A DNA stretch of 64,000 nucleotides from Eledone cirrhosa. Lineage: Eukaryota. Every line of letters begins with the position of its first letter. Position 1 is the first letter of the stretch. Shown one piece after another: positions 32,741 through 46,886 of this stretch. The stretch spans positions 29,636,001-29,700,000 of the forward strand of contig OZ024755.1 of assembly GCA_964016885.1 (NCBI GenBank), read 5' to 3'. The position numbers were made by a program, and so were the translations under genes. The notes beneath the pieces were generated by a model. That model was not told where the DNA came from. It saw nothing but the letters and a program-made list of their open reading frames with translations, and ran no database searches.

Positions 32741-34016
32741 ATATGCTGGTACTAAGCCATAAATATAGAGTTATAGATAATTAAAAGAGAGCTAGTAGAA
32801 TATTATCACAGAGTCGATAAGTAAACTCACAGACTAAGACGAATTCATGTAATGTATTACATGATATAAATCTCCAACAGTACTTCGCTTATATTATGAG
32901 GCCTTTAAAGAAAAACGAACAATTTACCGGTCCCAATTAATACATACATGCTTCACTGGTTTTTCCAGATAAAACCGTTTCAAGTACACCAATTGTTATT
33001 TGGAAAATGTTTATTTTATCTTGAAAATAAATAAAGGCTTCTCAACGTTCGTGCATCTCGGACTTATAAACAATGTTCTCATTGTGTTTACCCGTATTTC
33101 ATCCGATAAATAATGGCATTGTCATATAAATGTTAATGTTGTACCAGAAACTCTCTTTGATATATCAATTCTTAAAACTAAAAAGATAACATTAACATTC
33201 TGGAAACATTTTAGCATTATCGATAAATAGAGGAAACCGTTCCATATAGTATTATACCAGAATTATTTCGCAGAAAGTGTTTTGATTTTTCCCTCTCCCC
33301 AATACAACACTTGATATTCAATTCATTAATAGATGCACAGTTTCCCGGCTTAGCAAAACCCAAGACTAAATTGACGGCTCTCCTTGTAACCAACATAGAA
33401 CAAATTTATTCTAAATTTGGCGAGACGATAACGGATACTTTATTGATTACTGATGTTGGCTCAAAGTCATAAAATTGAAGTAGATATGTGTATTCGATCT
33501 TATCATTCCTACGTCCGTGATTAATAGTTATTCTATCAATGTCAGACATATAAAAAGCAATATCTTCCCTGGCAAATAAGGTTAAATCGAAATCCGCAAG
33601 CATTTTTGTACTGACACATTAAGAATAAATGTGTTATGAAATAAGCGAGAAATAGCAACAAAATATTACTTGCATACATAATATATCTGGGCAATAAAAA
33701 GGTATTCAAGGCCGTGGCTTCAATACCTTTCCATCATAGGTCTACTCAGTCACCACTGCTCTGTGTTTAAATAAGAAACATAAATACAATTGTGCAAAAA
33801 GTGCATCTGGATCTTTTACTTCAATTATGTTTACTCACTAGATAGTATGGTATGGTATAGTATGGTACAGTATGGTATGGTATGGTATGAACCCGTAACT
33901 CCTGGGGGGAGTCGTAGGGGCGCCATATTGACATACAGCGTTTCTTGGGCATTTTAAAAACCTGTCGAAGCCCGTCTCCTTTCCAGGTCTGAATACACCA
34001 GATTTCTTCTAGAGAA

Positions 34017-34068
<52 letters not shown>

Positions 34069-34122
34069 GAAAAAGTGGAGAATAACATGGTCAACAGTAC
34101 AAAAAAAGGGGATTTTTTTGCA

Positions 34123-34226
34123 GTCTAACAATTGTTTCACTGATAGAGTTGTCTAAAAATTGCTGAACACTAAAAACAGTGACACTCAATTTTAAATACG
34201 ATGTTAACTATTAGATCATCGGAAAC
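34123..34226 (-). ncRNA. Type I hammerhead with long helix II (CCGAUGA core)
   Basis: gttt CCGATGA t ctaatag...ctatcag t GAAA caattg TT agac; helix III is the palindrome aacaattgtt. Confidence 0.65.
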
Positions 34227-34278
34227 AAATAAGAAGAATTCACAACATCTAATTGGATTACCTTTCACGATATTTTGT

Positions 34279-34318
<40 letters not shown>

Positions 34319-34515
34319 GTGAGAGAATATATATGTATATATATATATATATAAGTGAGAGAATAAGCTCTGAAATCATCAGACGTGTCCGTCGAACCTG
34401 CGGGTCCAGAATCAGTCAGATCCACACAATGATCGCGTCTCGATCTGTCCGCCGGCGAAACAATTATAACACACAATAAATTGAATTCAGGTGTATCACT
34501 GATTTTTCGTTTTCT

Positions 34516-34584
<69 letters not shown>

Positions 34585-36971
34585 TCTAACGATTCTGCCA
34601 ATTCACCGCCTACTCACTAGATACAGAAGTAAAAATAGCTATTGCCTATATATAATTTGCATATGGTACATCTAAATAGATGCTCATTTGCATATAACTC
34701 AACTTTGAAAGACTTATATTATTCTTATTTCAAATCCGAGAGACACTAAAGCTAGATAAAATCCTGATTGCGTTCCTAGACTGCTAATGACGTAGATGTG
34801 ACACGATCACTGCTTAAAGCCCAGAGCGAAACTAATGTATGGTTATTTTATATGAGGATAGTCTATGCTGTTATATACACCTCTGTTATGGTTTTGTGTG
34901 ATATGGTTGAGACTCCTTTCCACTTATACTGACAATTACATATTTGAAGAGTGAGAGACAGAATCTGCTGTTTTTGTAATACAGTATCATACTGAATTCA
35001 CTGTCATATGTTGTTTTCCTTTGTCAGTGTGTGTGAGAGCCGACAATCATTTTGTTGAACGGGGCTAAACAATCAACATAACTGTCTTACCTCTTACAAT
35101 TCTTAGAGCAAAGTAACACACGTGATTCTCAGGCACCTTTCAGTTACGAATCTAAACGCATCATGCACTCGGAAGACATTAAGGAGATCTCTAATCTGTG
35201 ATATGAAATCGATATTTCAAGGAGATCCTATCTCATATATCAAATTCAAACGATGGCTTGACAATGTCAACTTATGGACTCGACTTGATCTTTGAACTCT
35301 GCTGCTAGTGATCGAACTTTGTGGAGAGAGATATCACATGTTGATGTACAGTCTGCAACTGGCGGAGTTTAGCGTCACAAGAAGAACATCTTTTATATGA
35401 CGTGATGCGTAAGATAAATATATAGTCTCTGATGTATCATATTTGAGAAAAATGGACGGTGAGAAAAATAACGATTAGAATGTCTTTGAACATAGATTTA
35501 CTTCATCAGTACGAGTATATAAAACCCAATGTTATGCCATTCACCAACCTAGAGTAGTTAGAAAGTGGATGGGGCCATAGCTTAGAGGTCAAGACGTTCA
35601 GCAACTGTCCTTTAACCTCACATTGAACTAAGACTGTGTTTGAAGTTGAGTAGACATGAACTATATGTAAAATTGTCGCTTGGATTGTATATGCAACCGT
35701 GTCATAGATCCTGTCAACATGATGCTGCCTCAGAAATATGATAGTATCACACATATCTGAAGAATACTCAGCCACTTAAATATTTATTTCATGAGTAGGA
35801 CGTTCAGTCTATGGAACCTCAGATTTATATTTCTCAAATCTAACAGCAGCAATATGCAATGATTATAATGTACGTTCATCGGAGTATGTAATTACTATAC
35901 AGTTCCTATCCAGTTGTAGATTTAGCTTTTACCCATTTATCACAGCAAAGAACTGCTGTGATCAAAGTGAAAACCAAAGTCCTGCTAGAAAGAGCAACTA
36001 AATGCCTCTGAATCTCTAAAAAATGAATCCAAGATTACATTAATTATTGTCGTCAAAGATACACGATACCTGAAAAAATATATGACGAACTTGATTGAAA
36101 TTCTTTTTTTATCGTGTAGTTAGGTTGGACCAACCAGCAACTGGAGTTAAGCTCTAGTCGTATATAGCCCCGTATCTGCCTACAAGCGAATTATATATAA
36201 TTTCAAAAATGTGTTCGTTAGATCAAACTGCTTTCAAAAGTATTACATAACCATGAATGCTCTTAAATTACTTTTTTTTAAGAATTTGCCTACAATGACT
36301 CCGATCTATTTCTAAATGTCATTATTAGGAAAACAACACGGTAAATGATATTCGAAAGCAAACATAACATGTCACTGACATTTAAGTGGAAAGAAATGGA
36401 AAGTTCATGTAATCGGACAAAACTGCAATATTGCTACGGCATTTCTGAAAGATTTGTTACGGAATGATTTTCTTCTTTATGAAAACGACCAAAAGTATTA
36501 GAAAATACCTTTTTTATATTGTATTCCGATCGAAGAAAATGGTTACTAATTCATTTATACAGAATTTCATATTGGTATTTGTATTTTACAAGGGCAGAAA
36601 CTTAAAGATCAGTTAAGATAATTCTTAAATAACCGAAACAAGGTTGGTTTCAGATTTACACAGTATGCAATGATACTGAAAATCGCCTGCAGCGTATAAT
36701 ACTGAATATAATCGGTGTACGATGTGCTGTACAAAGGACAGGCCTGTGTCTGTCTGTGTGTGTAAAAAATGCTAAATTTGGATGTGGATTAAAAAAATGT
36801 TCTGTCCATTCACAAAATCATTTGAATGTTGAATAAAATCAAATACAGAATTGTCAGTTCAAATACCTATTTAGTCACCTTTGCCTGACATACTTCCACG
36901 GACCATAAAATATCTCACCAAATATTGTTGTCAATATAATCGTCTAAATCCGTCCTTGAGTCTATGTAAGC

Positions 36972-37188
36972 AATCGTTAGAGTAGCGGACAGCGTCTTCT
37001 CTTTCTTCTTCTTCGTCTTGGACGTCATGCTTTGCAGCGAAGAGTTACGGCGCTTTATGGTCTGGGTTCAAATCCCGCTGAGGTTAACGTTGTCTTTCAT
37101 CCTTAGAGGTCGATAAAATTAAACAACAGTAATACACTGGGGTAATTGCTGGCCTTGTGCCAAAATTAGAAACAATTATTATTATTAT
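36972..37188 (+). mobile_element. tRNA-derived Nin-domain SINE
   Basis: gggttcaaatccc B-box, ctttcatccttagaggtcgataaaa domain and (att)n tail. Confidence 0.8.
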
Positions 37189-37281
37189 AAGGGTAGTGGT
37201 TTGTCAGTATCGTTAGATCATCATCATCATCATTATCATTATTATTATTATACGTAAAAATGGTTACAACAGTAACCATTT

Positions 37282-37464
37282 CTACGTATCTGATTCTCCA
37301 CAGTTTTTCTTCACCTCCTGGTATTTCTCAACTATTTCACTGTCCTTTTCATTCACCCTGTGGTCCCATGGTGAAGCAGTATCCACAATACATGCCTTGT
37401 TACTCTTCAACTCTACACTAGCAATGTTAGCCTTTCTAGCCACGATAAAATAATCACGCTTCAC
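37282..37464 (-). mobile_element. R4/Dong-like LINE restriction-like endonuclease fragment
   Basis: DYFIVARKANIASVELKSNKACIVDTASPWDHRVNEKDSEIVEKYQEVK resembles the RPD..IID..P.D..KE.EK..KY RLE motif. Confidence 0.65.
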
Positions 37465-38749
37465 CTAGCAAACGATTGCTCAATAAACCTTACAAAAAGA
37501 AACAAATTATTATATTTGTGATTGCTGTCGTTGTTTAATTTATTGTTATCGTTCTAGGCAAAGCCTCGTATGCACAAATCACGTAAACTTATCATCTATT
37601 TAAGTGTCTTTAAAATGTTTTTTTGTTTTTTTTTGTCAATATTTTGGCTTGTTTTGTAGTTGCTTTTGGCGCTAAGAAAAACAGTCAGTTTTCCTCTAAC
37701 CCCATGGCTGAAAAAGAATTATTCTCAGAAACGAACAGGTGGTTATCATCAGAATTGAACTGTCAAAGTTCAACCCAAATTTCAGCTCCAACCTCAAGCA
37801 CCGTCGAAGACAGTATCAAAACCAATTACAAAATATGTGAAGCAACAAAAACATAAAATAGCTCTTTCGATGCATTACAAACAGCGGATACAGTTGCCAC
37901 CATAAAATCTAACATGACCAAAAACAACAACGACAATAGTAGTACCACTTTGAAACAAACAAAAAGAATACAGAATGCATTCAAGTGAGATTACGTAAGT
38001 TCCTTGAAAACATACACTTCGAAATACGTATTAGTTGCAAGTTTATCAGCCATGAAACAAATTGAAGCAAAGACATGTTCGTAGTAACAGACATTCGTAG
38101 AAATAATGAGACAAAAATAAGTTCATCTGAGACATTAATCGACACCAACTTCGGCGAAAGACATATTTATTGAAAAATATTTTTAAAGAAATAACTTTAA
38201 AACAACTTATTCTACTGTTAAAATGAGTCCAATTTCAAAATGATAATAACAAATTATAAAATGAACATTTATTTTCAGACTTCAATATTTTTTATAAATA
38301 TAATATAATTATAAGAGTATAAACTTAATTATGAGAAAATAAATAAATGTAATTAGAAAAAAAAAATTAAATGTAATTACAAACAAATGAATGTTCACAA
38401 AGATGAAAAGATCATTTATCTCCAAGACAGCTCAATACCTCAAAGATAACACATGGTATCTCTGTTTCTCTATTCCAGCACAGCTGTTCGAATTCATTTT
38501 TAGAAATGTATACTATATCATCCCTTGATATATCTCGAATACCACTTCCATGAAGTTAACTTTTTGACACAAAACCCGGCGTAAATGGTGATATTGTAAT
38601 ACCATTTCCCACCATGGATATATATATTCTCTTTGGCACTGGAAACATCAGTAAATGAGAATAAGATAGATTGAAGTGACGGGTGGGATTTAATTGTAAA
38701 AGATGTCCTTAGATAAAAATAACCGGTCCATTCATGTTGACATCGCTTT

Positions 38750-38789
<40 letters not shown>

Positions 38790-38862
38790 AACATACATTT
38801 ATATATACACAATATGTATATATATATATATATATATATAAACATACATTTATATATACACA

Positions 38863-38937
<75 letters not shown>

Positions 38938-39000
38938 TGTGTATATATAAATGTATGTTTATATATATATATATATATACATATTGTGTATATATAAATG

Positions 39001-39037
<37 letters not shown>

Positions 39038-39160
39038 GTGTATATATAAATGTATGTTTATATATATATATACATATACATTGTGTATATATAAATGTAT
39101 GTTTATATATATATATACATATACATACATATTGTGTATATATAAATGTATGTTTATATA

Positions 39161-39201
<41 letters not shown>

Positions 39202-39220
39202 TGTGTATATATAAATGTAT

Positions 39221-39266
<46 letters not shown>

Positions 39267-39782
39267 TTATATATATATATATATATATATACATCGGGTT
39301 TTATACAGAGTGCTGTGTGTATGTTTGAGTGCATGCGTAGACGTATAACAGTTTTGTTATTGCCGCCACCTTCCTTGAGAATACCAACCTGGTGATATCA
39401 GATGTTTTCTTCTGGTAGAGAGAATCTGCTGCATTCATTCAATTAAACTAGATCTGACTCAAGCATACCTGTTAAATACTGAGGTAAATATGGACTAAAC
39501 CGATAACACGTCCCACACACACACCAAAAAAAAAATGTAGGATTGAGCCGATAAAAGAAATCAATTTTTGTTAGAATATATCACACGTGGCATATCGATC
39601 GCTCCTCAATTTTATATTTTGATAATCAAAAGAAATGAGAAACTTTCGACTTTAAAAGATACTTTCATCTCTGGAGTTAGATGTAATAAAAAATGTAATA
39701 GATGAAAGCCTGAGTAAGGCTCGGGTTTCAAATCGTTTATTCCAAGAACAGATTCTAAGAACGATATGTATTAATTAATTTC

Positions 39783-39858
<76 letters not shown>

Positions 39859-40199
39859 GTATATATGTATGTATATATGTATGTATATATGTATGTGTGT
39901 GTACGTATATATGTACGTATATATGTACGTATATATATATGTACGTATATATATATATGTACGTATATATATATGTACGTATACGTATATATATGTACGT
40001 ATATATATATGTGCGTGTGTGCGTGCGTGTGTGTATGCGCACGTTCATTTTTATCATGTTATGATTTATGGTGATGTCAACTATACTTGTTCGCTGACAA
40101 ACGTAATAACCATCTACTTAAATGTGAGTATGCATGTATGTATACGTACATACATATATGTATACAGACGTACAGTAGTATGTATATATACACACACAT

Positions 40200-40239
<40 letters not shown>

Positions 40240-40261
40240 GTATCGGTTTACCGAACATTTA

Positions 40262-40451
40262 TTATAATTGTTTCTACTTTTGGTACAAGGCCAGCAATAT
40301 CCCCAGTGTATCCCCTGGTACTTTATTTTATCGACCCCGTAAGGATGAAAGGCAAAGTTAACCTCGGCGGGATTTGAACTCAGTCCGTAAAGGGACGTAA
40401 CTGTGCTGCAAAGCATGGCGCCCGACCCTCTACCGATACTGCCAATTCGCC
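40262..40451 (-). mobile_element. tRNA-derived Nin-domain SINE
   Basis: Near full-length family member with A/B boxes and gcctttcatccttacggggtcgataaaataaagtaccag. Confidence 0.85.
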
Positions 40452-40576
40452 TGCTCGGTTTGTTTGTTTGTAAACAAACAAACAGCCCGAATTACGCTGT
40501 ACGTCTGTATACATATATGTATGTACGTATACATATATGCATACTTACATTTATATATATATATATATATATTTCT

Positions 40577-41001
40577 AAGGCGGGTAAAATTCCCGAGATC
40601 CATGGACGAGTTCTCTCCAGCCGTCTCTGTCCCTCATTATCGCTGCCATGTCCTGCGTCTCCAACAGACCAGTGTCTGTCCTTAGGGCATCAACATACGT
40701 TAACCTTGGTCTTCCTCTTCTAGTGTGTCCATGTAGGGGCTCCCAAAGGAGCACTGAGTACAATGTCAACTCTGGATGTCGGTGAGCATGTCCAGCTAAC
40801 CTCAGTCTCCTCTGTGTCACTTTTGAGCTGACTTTTGGGATCCTCCCATACAGCTCTGAGTTTTTCATCCTCAGTGTATACTGATTAATGTTCAGAGCCA
40901 TTGCTGTAGTGGAGTCTGTGCTGCTGTATGGGTCTGAGACTTGGACACTGACCAAGAAACTCACTCAGATGGTGGATGGGTGCTACACGAGAATGTTGAG
41001 G
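40577..41001 (-). mobile_element. RTE LINE 3' fragment with 5' inversion
   Basis: Minus strand 40901-40577 reads MALNI..RRLRLAGHAHRH..LLWEP..RRGRPRLTYVD. Plus strand 40903-41001 reads AVVESVLLYGSETWTLTKKLTQMVDGCYTRMLR. Confidence 0.85.
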
Positions 41002-41032
<31 letters not shown>

Positions 41033-41396
41033 ATTCCTATTTTACATTCTTAATATGATCTTATTAGCATGTTGTTTGTCTTACTTGTTAGTTGTTGAGG
41101 CCTCGGCAATTATAAATGCTTGATAGAATAAACAGTTCTTACACAAACAATGCAATACGGACTGAGATAAACCAGTTAAATACACGTCGTCTTATATTAC
41201 TGTAGCTTGATATCGATTGGCATTACGAAATAGTGACAAATAATTCAATATCCGAAAAGGAGAATTGAGAAAATATCCAAAGCAGATATTAGAAAAAGAA
41301 AAGAAAATATCAATTACAAAATTATATATATTTATATATATTAGAAAAACAATCAGTTCTGTAGTCACTATAATCACATATGCTGCAGAATTGATG

Positions 41397-41475
<79 letters not shown>

Positions 41476-41534
41476 AGGGAAGTAAGATTCTATACAAAAC
41501 AATGGTTGTAGAGAAATTGTCTAAATTTGAGCTA

Positions 41535-41612
41535 ACTTCCTGAAGAGTCCGGTGCTCTAGGTGTCCGATGCTATCGGATATCTTAAAATGCGGACGAAAC
41601 CATGGTAGAGGT
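41535..41612 (+). ncRNA. Type I hammerhead ribozyme with extended helix II
   Basis: acttc CTGAAGA gtcc ..aggtgtccgat gct atcggatatct.. ggac GAAA ccatgg TA gaggt. Helix III is the palindrome accatggt; predicted cleavage after 41607. Confidence 0.88.
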
Positions 41613-41956
41613 AACTAAATATGTTCACTTTTCTCCTAGTTTATTTTACACCTAATTATGTTTGGTTGACTGTATATCTGAGCGATTCATACACGCTGTC
41701 GAAATACTCGATAAATATTCCGTCGCAACCGGCGCGAAGGGCTGCTTTCGGTTATTTGTCGGAGATTTCTTCATAGAAGCCTTTATTCTTATAGCTTGGT
41801 CTAATCGATTTTTTATATGGTTAATTAGGCTAATTGGGAGAGGAAATGGAATATATTTTATCTGGTGATTCTATAGACATGTTTTATGATATATAGCTCT
41901 GATTATTTAATTTATTAACTCTTCATTGAGCCACAAAGTGACCCGTTGCAAAACAC

Positions 41957-42035
<79 letters not shown>

Positions 42036-42431
42036 TGCTACAGGACTATAACTCTTTCTTCCCTATGCTATCATACGAATGATAGCATCCTTGTTCAGTA
42101 GAAGTCATTTCTATATATATATAATAAAAGATTCCTACAGTCTACCAATATGTTGAGTACTATTTTTAACTGTGGTTACCTCCCACCGACACAACTCCGG
42201 AATCTATATTATATATATATATATATATTTAAGTTTGGTGGTTCCCCACTGGATAGAATTCTTCATTATGTATAGCCAACTTTGATGTAATATTTTTAAA
42301 AAAGCACTCGACGTTATGTAACTCATCCATCTTTGATGTTGAATCTTGTTGGTGGTGCGAGAACGGAGTTAATTATTTTTGAGTAAAATGACGAGGCCAG
42401 ACTGGTGGAATTCCTTCAAAGATTTATTTCA

Positions 42432-42500
42432 GCAAACACTATGTACATTTCAGAGGCCAGGTTCCGTAAAATCCTGATGTTATCATCAGGAGTCTTTTGC
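42432..42500 (-). ncRNA. Partly decayed type I hammerhead
   Basis: gcaaaagactc CTGATGA ...cagg..cctg.. GAAA tgtaca TA gtgtttgc; helix III is the palindrome atgtacat. Confidence 0.6.
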
Positions 42501-42633
42501 ATAATAGTTATATAATAATGGAATAATGGTAAACACAATACAAGAGGCTATAAGGATATAAAAAGCTGATAAAAATGATTTTGACTGGAAGGCAATCAAG
42601 AGGGCCAGTTGTTGTCAGTTTGGTTGATCACCT

Positions 42634-42664
<31 letters not shown>

Positions 42665-42668
<4 letters not shown>

Positions 42669-42851
42669 ATTGTTTCTACTTTTGGAACAGGGTCAGCAAT
42701 TTTCCCAGTGTATTACTGGTACTTTATTTTATCGACCCAGTAAGGATGAAAGGCAAAGTTAACCTCGGCGGGATTTGAACTCAGACCATGAAGGGCCGTA
42801 ACTCTTTGTTGCAAAGCATTGCGTTTGACCCTGTACCGATACTGCCAATCC
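42665..42851 (-). mobile_element. tRNA-derived Nin-domain SINE
   Basis: Same family as 40262-40451. Confidence 0.85.
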
Positions 42852-42904
42852 AATAATAATAATAATATTTATACTTATATATACACTATATATAATTATA
42901 AACA

Positions 42905-43090
42905 GGAAAGGTCAGTAATTCACTACCACCGTATTACCAGTAAGAAAAATAGCTCACTGTCAATACATCAGATGTTTTACAGAACCGGAATATAAACTAC
43001 AGAATAATCAAAACTATGTTCAAAACATTTTATTGCTGACAATCGACTTTTCCAAACTTTCGTTTGGAATCATCGGAGCACTAGCAAAGT
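42905..43090 (-). mobile_element. Diverged relative of the large PLE's 3' terminus, with decayed HHR at 43034-43080
   Basis: The reverse complement aligns to 12560-12730: tgct CCGATGA t tccaaac gaaa gtttgga ... TC agca, then aatgttttgaaca, catctgatgt, gagcta, cttactggtaata. Confidence 0.75.
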
Positions 43091-43764
43091 TTAGACATAT
43101 AATTTACCTCCTATTCCACAGAACAATCGTAAAGATACATAGATGTTAGTGTTGTCATTAACGGTGTCATATTTAAAGAGTGATTTAAAGATGATGTGGT
43201 CAGTATCAGTGGATGCGACAAATATTATAAAAGAATAATACAACAATTATAGAGGAATTAAAGAAGAAAGTTACCCACAAAACGAGGACATAAGCAGTAC
43301 TATGCAAGCGTATAGCAAGAGTGCAGATGTGCTAGGCATGTATAGAATAACCAGGTAAGAATCAAGCAATGGTACTAAGCATATATATCACAGTATGGCA
43401 AAGGTATCACATAATACAATACATGTATAAAAGCATATTAAGCAGACAGAGATGTGTGGGGTATGAAAATCAGTTTCTATGAAGTTTATGGTGGATGTAA
43501 TGTGATAATTGTTCTGGTAATGTTCAAATGTGCATGTGTTGTGAGTATTAATATCAAGGTTTTCCTTTCCATTACATTGGTTATATTTTAGTAAATTTTT
43601 ATCAGTAGCTACAACTATGGATTGTATATTGGTCCTATTACAATCTTATCAAGGGTTCGAGTTGTATATATATATATATACAGAGAGAGAGAGAGAGAAA
43701 GGTCTATATAGTGATAACAGTCGGTAGATAGTTTAGTATGTATGGAGGGGGGTAGTCACGTTTG

Positions 43765-43811
<47 letters not shown>

Positions 43812-44179
43812 AAAAATAGAGGTGTAACACACGAGTTGTGATATATTAGTAAACAGGAAAAGAAAATGCTGGCAAATTTTTCCCAGTGAAAAATAGCTTA
43901 ATTAGGAATAAGTATAAATTAGTAATAAGTATTAGTTAGTATTCAGTTTTAGTTTTAAGTTTTTACCGGTTACCATTTTCTTTTCCTTTTTACTAATATA
44001 TATATATATATATATAAATATATAAATATATAAATATACACATATAAATCTACCACTCCATGGTAGGGTCTAAACCTTATGAAGAACTCAATGTAATCCG
44101 TATGTAGATGTCGTGAAGCAAAGTTTAAAATACAAAAATTTTCAACGATATAATTCAATTGGATACAGAGTCAAAATAG

Positions 44180-45960
44180 AAATATTAAAACAATGAAATT
44201 AAACACAAAACTGTTAACTCATAGTAAAACTCATTATTTTACGATCGTTTCTGGGGGGTAGTTCCCTGCATGTTCATTCAATTATTGATCTATGTAAAAC
44301 ATATTACAAAATATCATAATAAGAAAAAAATACATACGTCTTCACTACCCTCAAACATCTATACATACCCAATATAATAAGAGGAAACCTTTTAGAAACC
44401 ATAAAAGAAATGTAACATTGTATAACGCTCCATTCAACTTGCAAACTATGGGCTAAATCCCTAAAAAAAAATTTACAATTCTCGATAAGCATTTCCCACC
44501 TAACCACAAATACCATCAAACCTTAAACAGAAATACAGTAAAATTTTCTTACTTCACATCGAGCAATATACAACAAAAAATAAGTGCATATAACATCTAT
44601 AAATGTAAAAAAGCTCCATCTATACCACACATAATAGCACACCACACACAAGATAACTATGGTAATACTACAACGCGTAACCAGAATATTACTGCATACC
44701 CACCTGCTAGATCCGCTCAATCACCTCACCAGCACAAGACAACAGCCTACAACCAACTACCATCTTCCTCATTCTTAATAGGGACTAAGATTTACATACC
44801 CAATCTAACTAATAGAGTCCAAAACAACCATGATTCCATAAACGCTATATCAAGTATAATTTCACCAACTAGCAACAATTCGGACCGCAACCACCCTACC
44901 GTAAACCCTTCTCTCCCAAATAAAAAGGTAAACACTAATACTACCACTATTATTGAGAATATGGATAGCACATCTGAAACCCTATATGCAAACGGTTGTA
45001 ATTGTAGAATAAAAGATAATTGCCCCCTAAATGGAAATTGTTTAATTAATAATATAGTATATAAATGTGTAATCACCACTAAGGACTCTAATCAATCCTA
45101 TATAGGATCCACTTCTAATCCATTTAAATCGAGATTTTATGCACACACCCACAGTTTCCGAAACACAAAATTAGCTAATGCCATTTCTTTAGCAGAAGCA
45201 GTTAATAATTGTAAAAAGAATATTAAATATAACCTAACTTGGAAGATTCTTAAGAGAGCTATGATATAGGTGAATAAATGTGTGAGTATGTGTGTGTGTG
45301 TGTGTGTGTGAATATGTATATCTGTATGTGTATGTATATGCATAAATGTATGCCTATATATAAACATGTGTGAGTATACATGTGTATATATTTTTATATT
45401 ATATATTTTTCGAACAAATTATTCCTCACAACAAAGAAATAACTAACTTTTCAAGATTGTTCTATTCCATTCTACTTGATGTAACACACTAATCTCAGTA
45501 CCCCTTTTCCTCCAACCATAATCTTCTTTGACCATCAACACTTTTATATACAATATATCTAAATTCATTTACACTAGCAACTTTCATTTCTTCTCTTAAA
45601 AGACATTTGATACGTTATCCACTGATGGCCTATTTATTCATCTTCTACCACCAACCTTAAGGATTCATACTGCCCTTTTCCATTCTTGACATTGGTCAAT
45701 TTCAACCTGGTTATAAAACCTTACTTATTCATATGTATGTTTTTTTTTGTATTCTTCAATAAACAAAACTAATTATTTCTGAAGACGGCGAGTAGTAAAG
45801 ACGTATGTATTTTTTTCTTACTATGATATTTTGTAATATGTTTTACATAGATCAATAATTGAATGAACATGCAGGGAACTACCCCTCCAAAACGATCGTA
45901 AAATAATGAGTTTTACTATGAATTAACAGTTTTGTGTTTAATTTCATTGTTTTAATATTT
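44180..45960 (+). mobile_element. 5'-truncated degenerate PLE (same clade as the large element) with ~170-bp inverted terminal arms
   Basis: Arms at 44180-44348 and 45792-45960. Internal HKRNVTLYNAPFNL..LDKHFPPNHKYHQTLNRNTVKFSY, and 44961-45269 CNCRIKDNCPLNGNCL..IVY..YIGST..RFYAH. Confidence 0.85.
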
Positions 45961-45990
45961 ATATATATATATATTAAAATAACAGATTAA

Positions 45991-46041
45991 AGTTTAAGCA
46001 AAGAATCGCTGCTTTCACCCTTAACGGGATCTTCTGAAACT
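45991..46041 (-). ncRNA. Hammerhead-like RNA with CAGAAGA core (copy 2)
   Basis: agttt CAGAAGA t ccc gttaa ggg t GAAA gca gcgattctt tgc TT aaact. Confidence 0.6.
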
Positions 46042-46702
46042 TCTTATTATTACTATATATATATATATATATATATATATTGAAAGAAAAAACACCCTTT
46101 GCACTCGAACATGTTTTTTGAAAATTCAACATGACCTCAATTAAAGTTACAACATTTAGATGATTTGATACATCATGTATCAAATAAAAAATATTTCTGT
46201 TGCCAGTTAGCTTTGAAAAAAAAGAATCGTTCACTATAAGTGTAGTTGACTTTAAAGACCATTTTGATCAGACTGGGAAAATGTCAGTTGCAGAATATTT
46301 AGTGAAGTAAGAAAAGCGGCATATAACAGAAAAATTATGTAGTTGTGTTGGTGGCTTTGGTGGTAGTAGTAGTTGCTGTTGTGGTAGTGGTGGTGGTGGT
46401 GGTAGTGTTGTAGTCAATGTTGCTGTTGCCCTCGTCTTTGATTTTTGCTGTTCTTCAAGTCATTCCAACTTTCTCAAATTCACTTTTTTTTTTTTTTTTT
46501 AACTTTGTACAGGAATCCCAGGAACTCCTAATCTAACACACATTATTTTTAAAAGATGGTCGCCGTGATGCAAAACCAATTTGACTGCTATGTGCCATAT
46601 GATTCGGAAGAGAAGCTGTGAATATGTTTAGATGATGAGAGAGAGCTATATACCATGGGAATATAGTAATATACATTTTGGCGTGAGTTATGCCACACTT
46701 AA

Positions 46703-46740
<38 letters not shown>

Positions 46741-46842
46741 CCCAACAATTTAAATAGAACTTTTGCATATATATATATATATATATATATCATGGGAATA
46801 TAATAAGATACGTTTTTACGTGAGTTATGTCACACTTGAGTA

Positions 46843-46880
<38 letters not shown>

Positions 46881-46886
<6 letters not shown>

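Noticed and set aside
40370-40451. tRNA gene
   Set aside because: The A/B boxes belong to SINE heads; there is no full cloverleaf.
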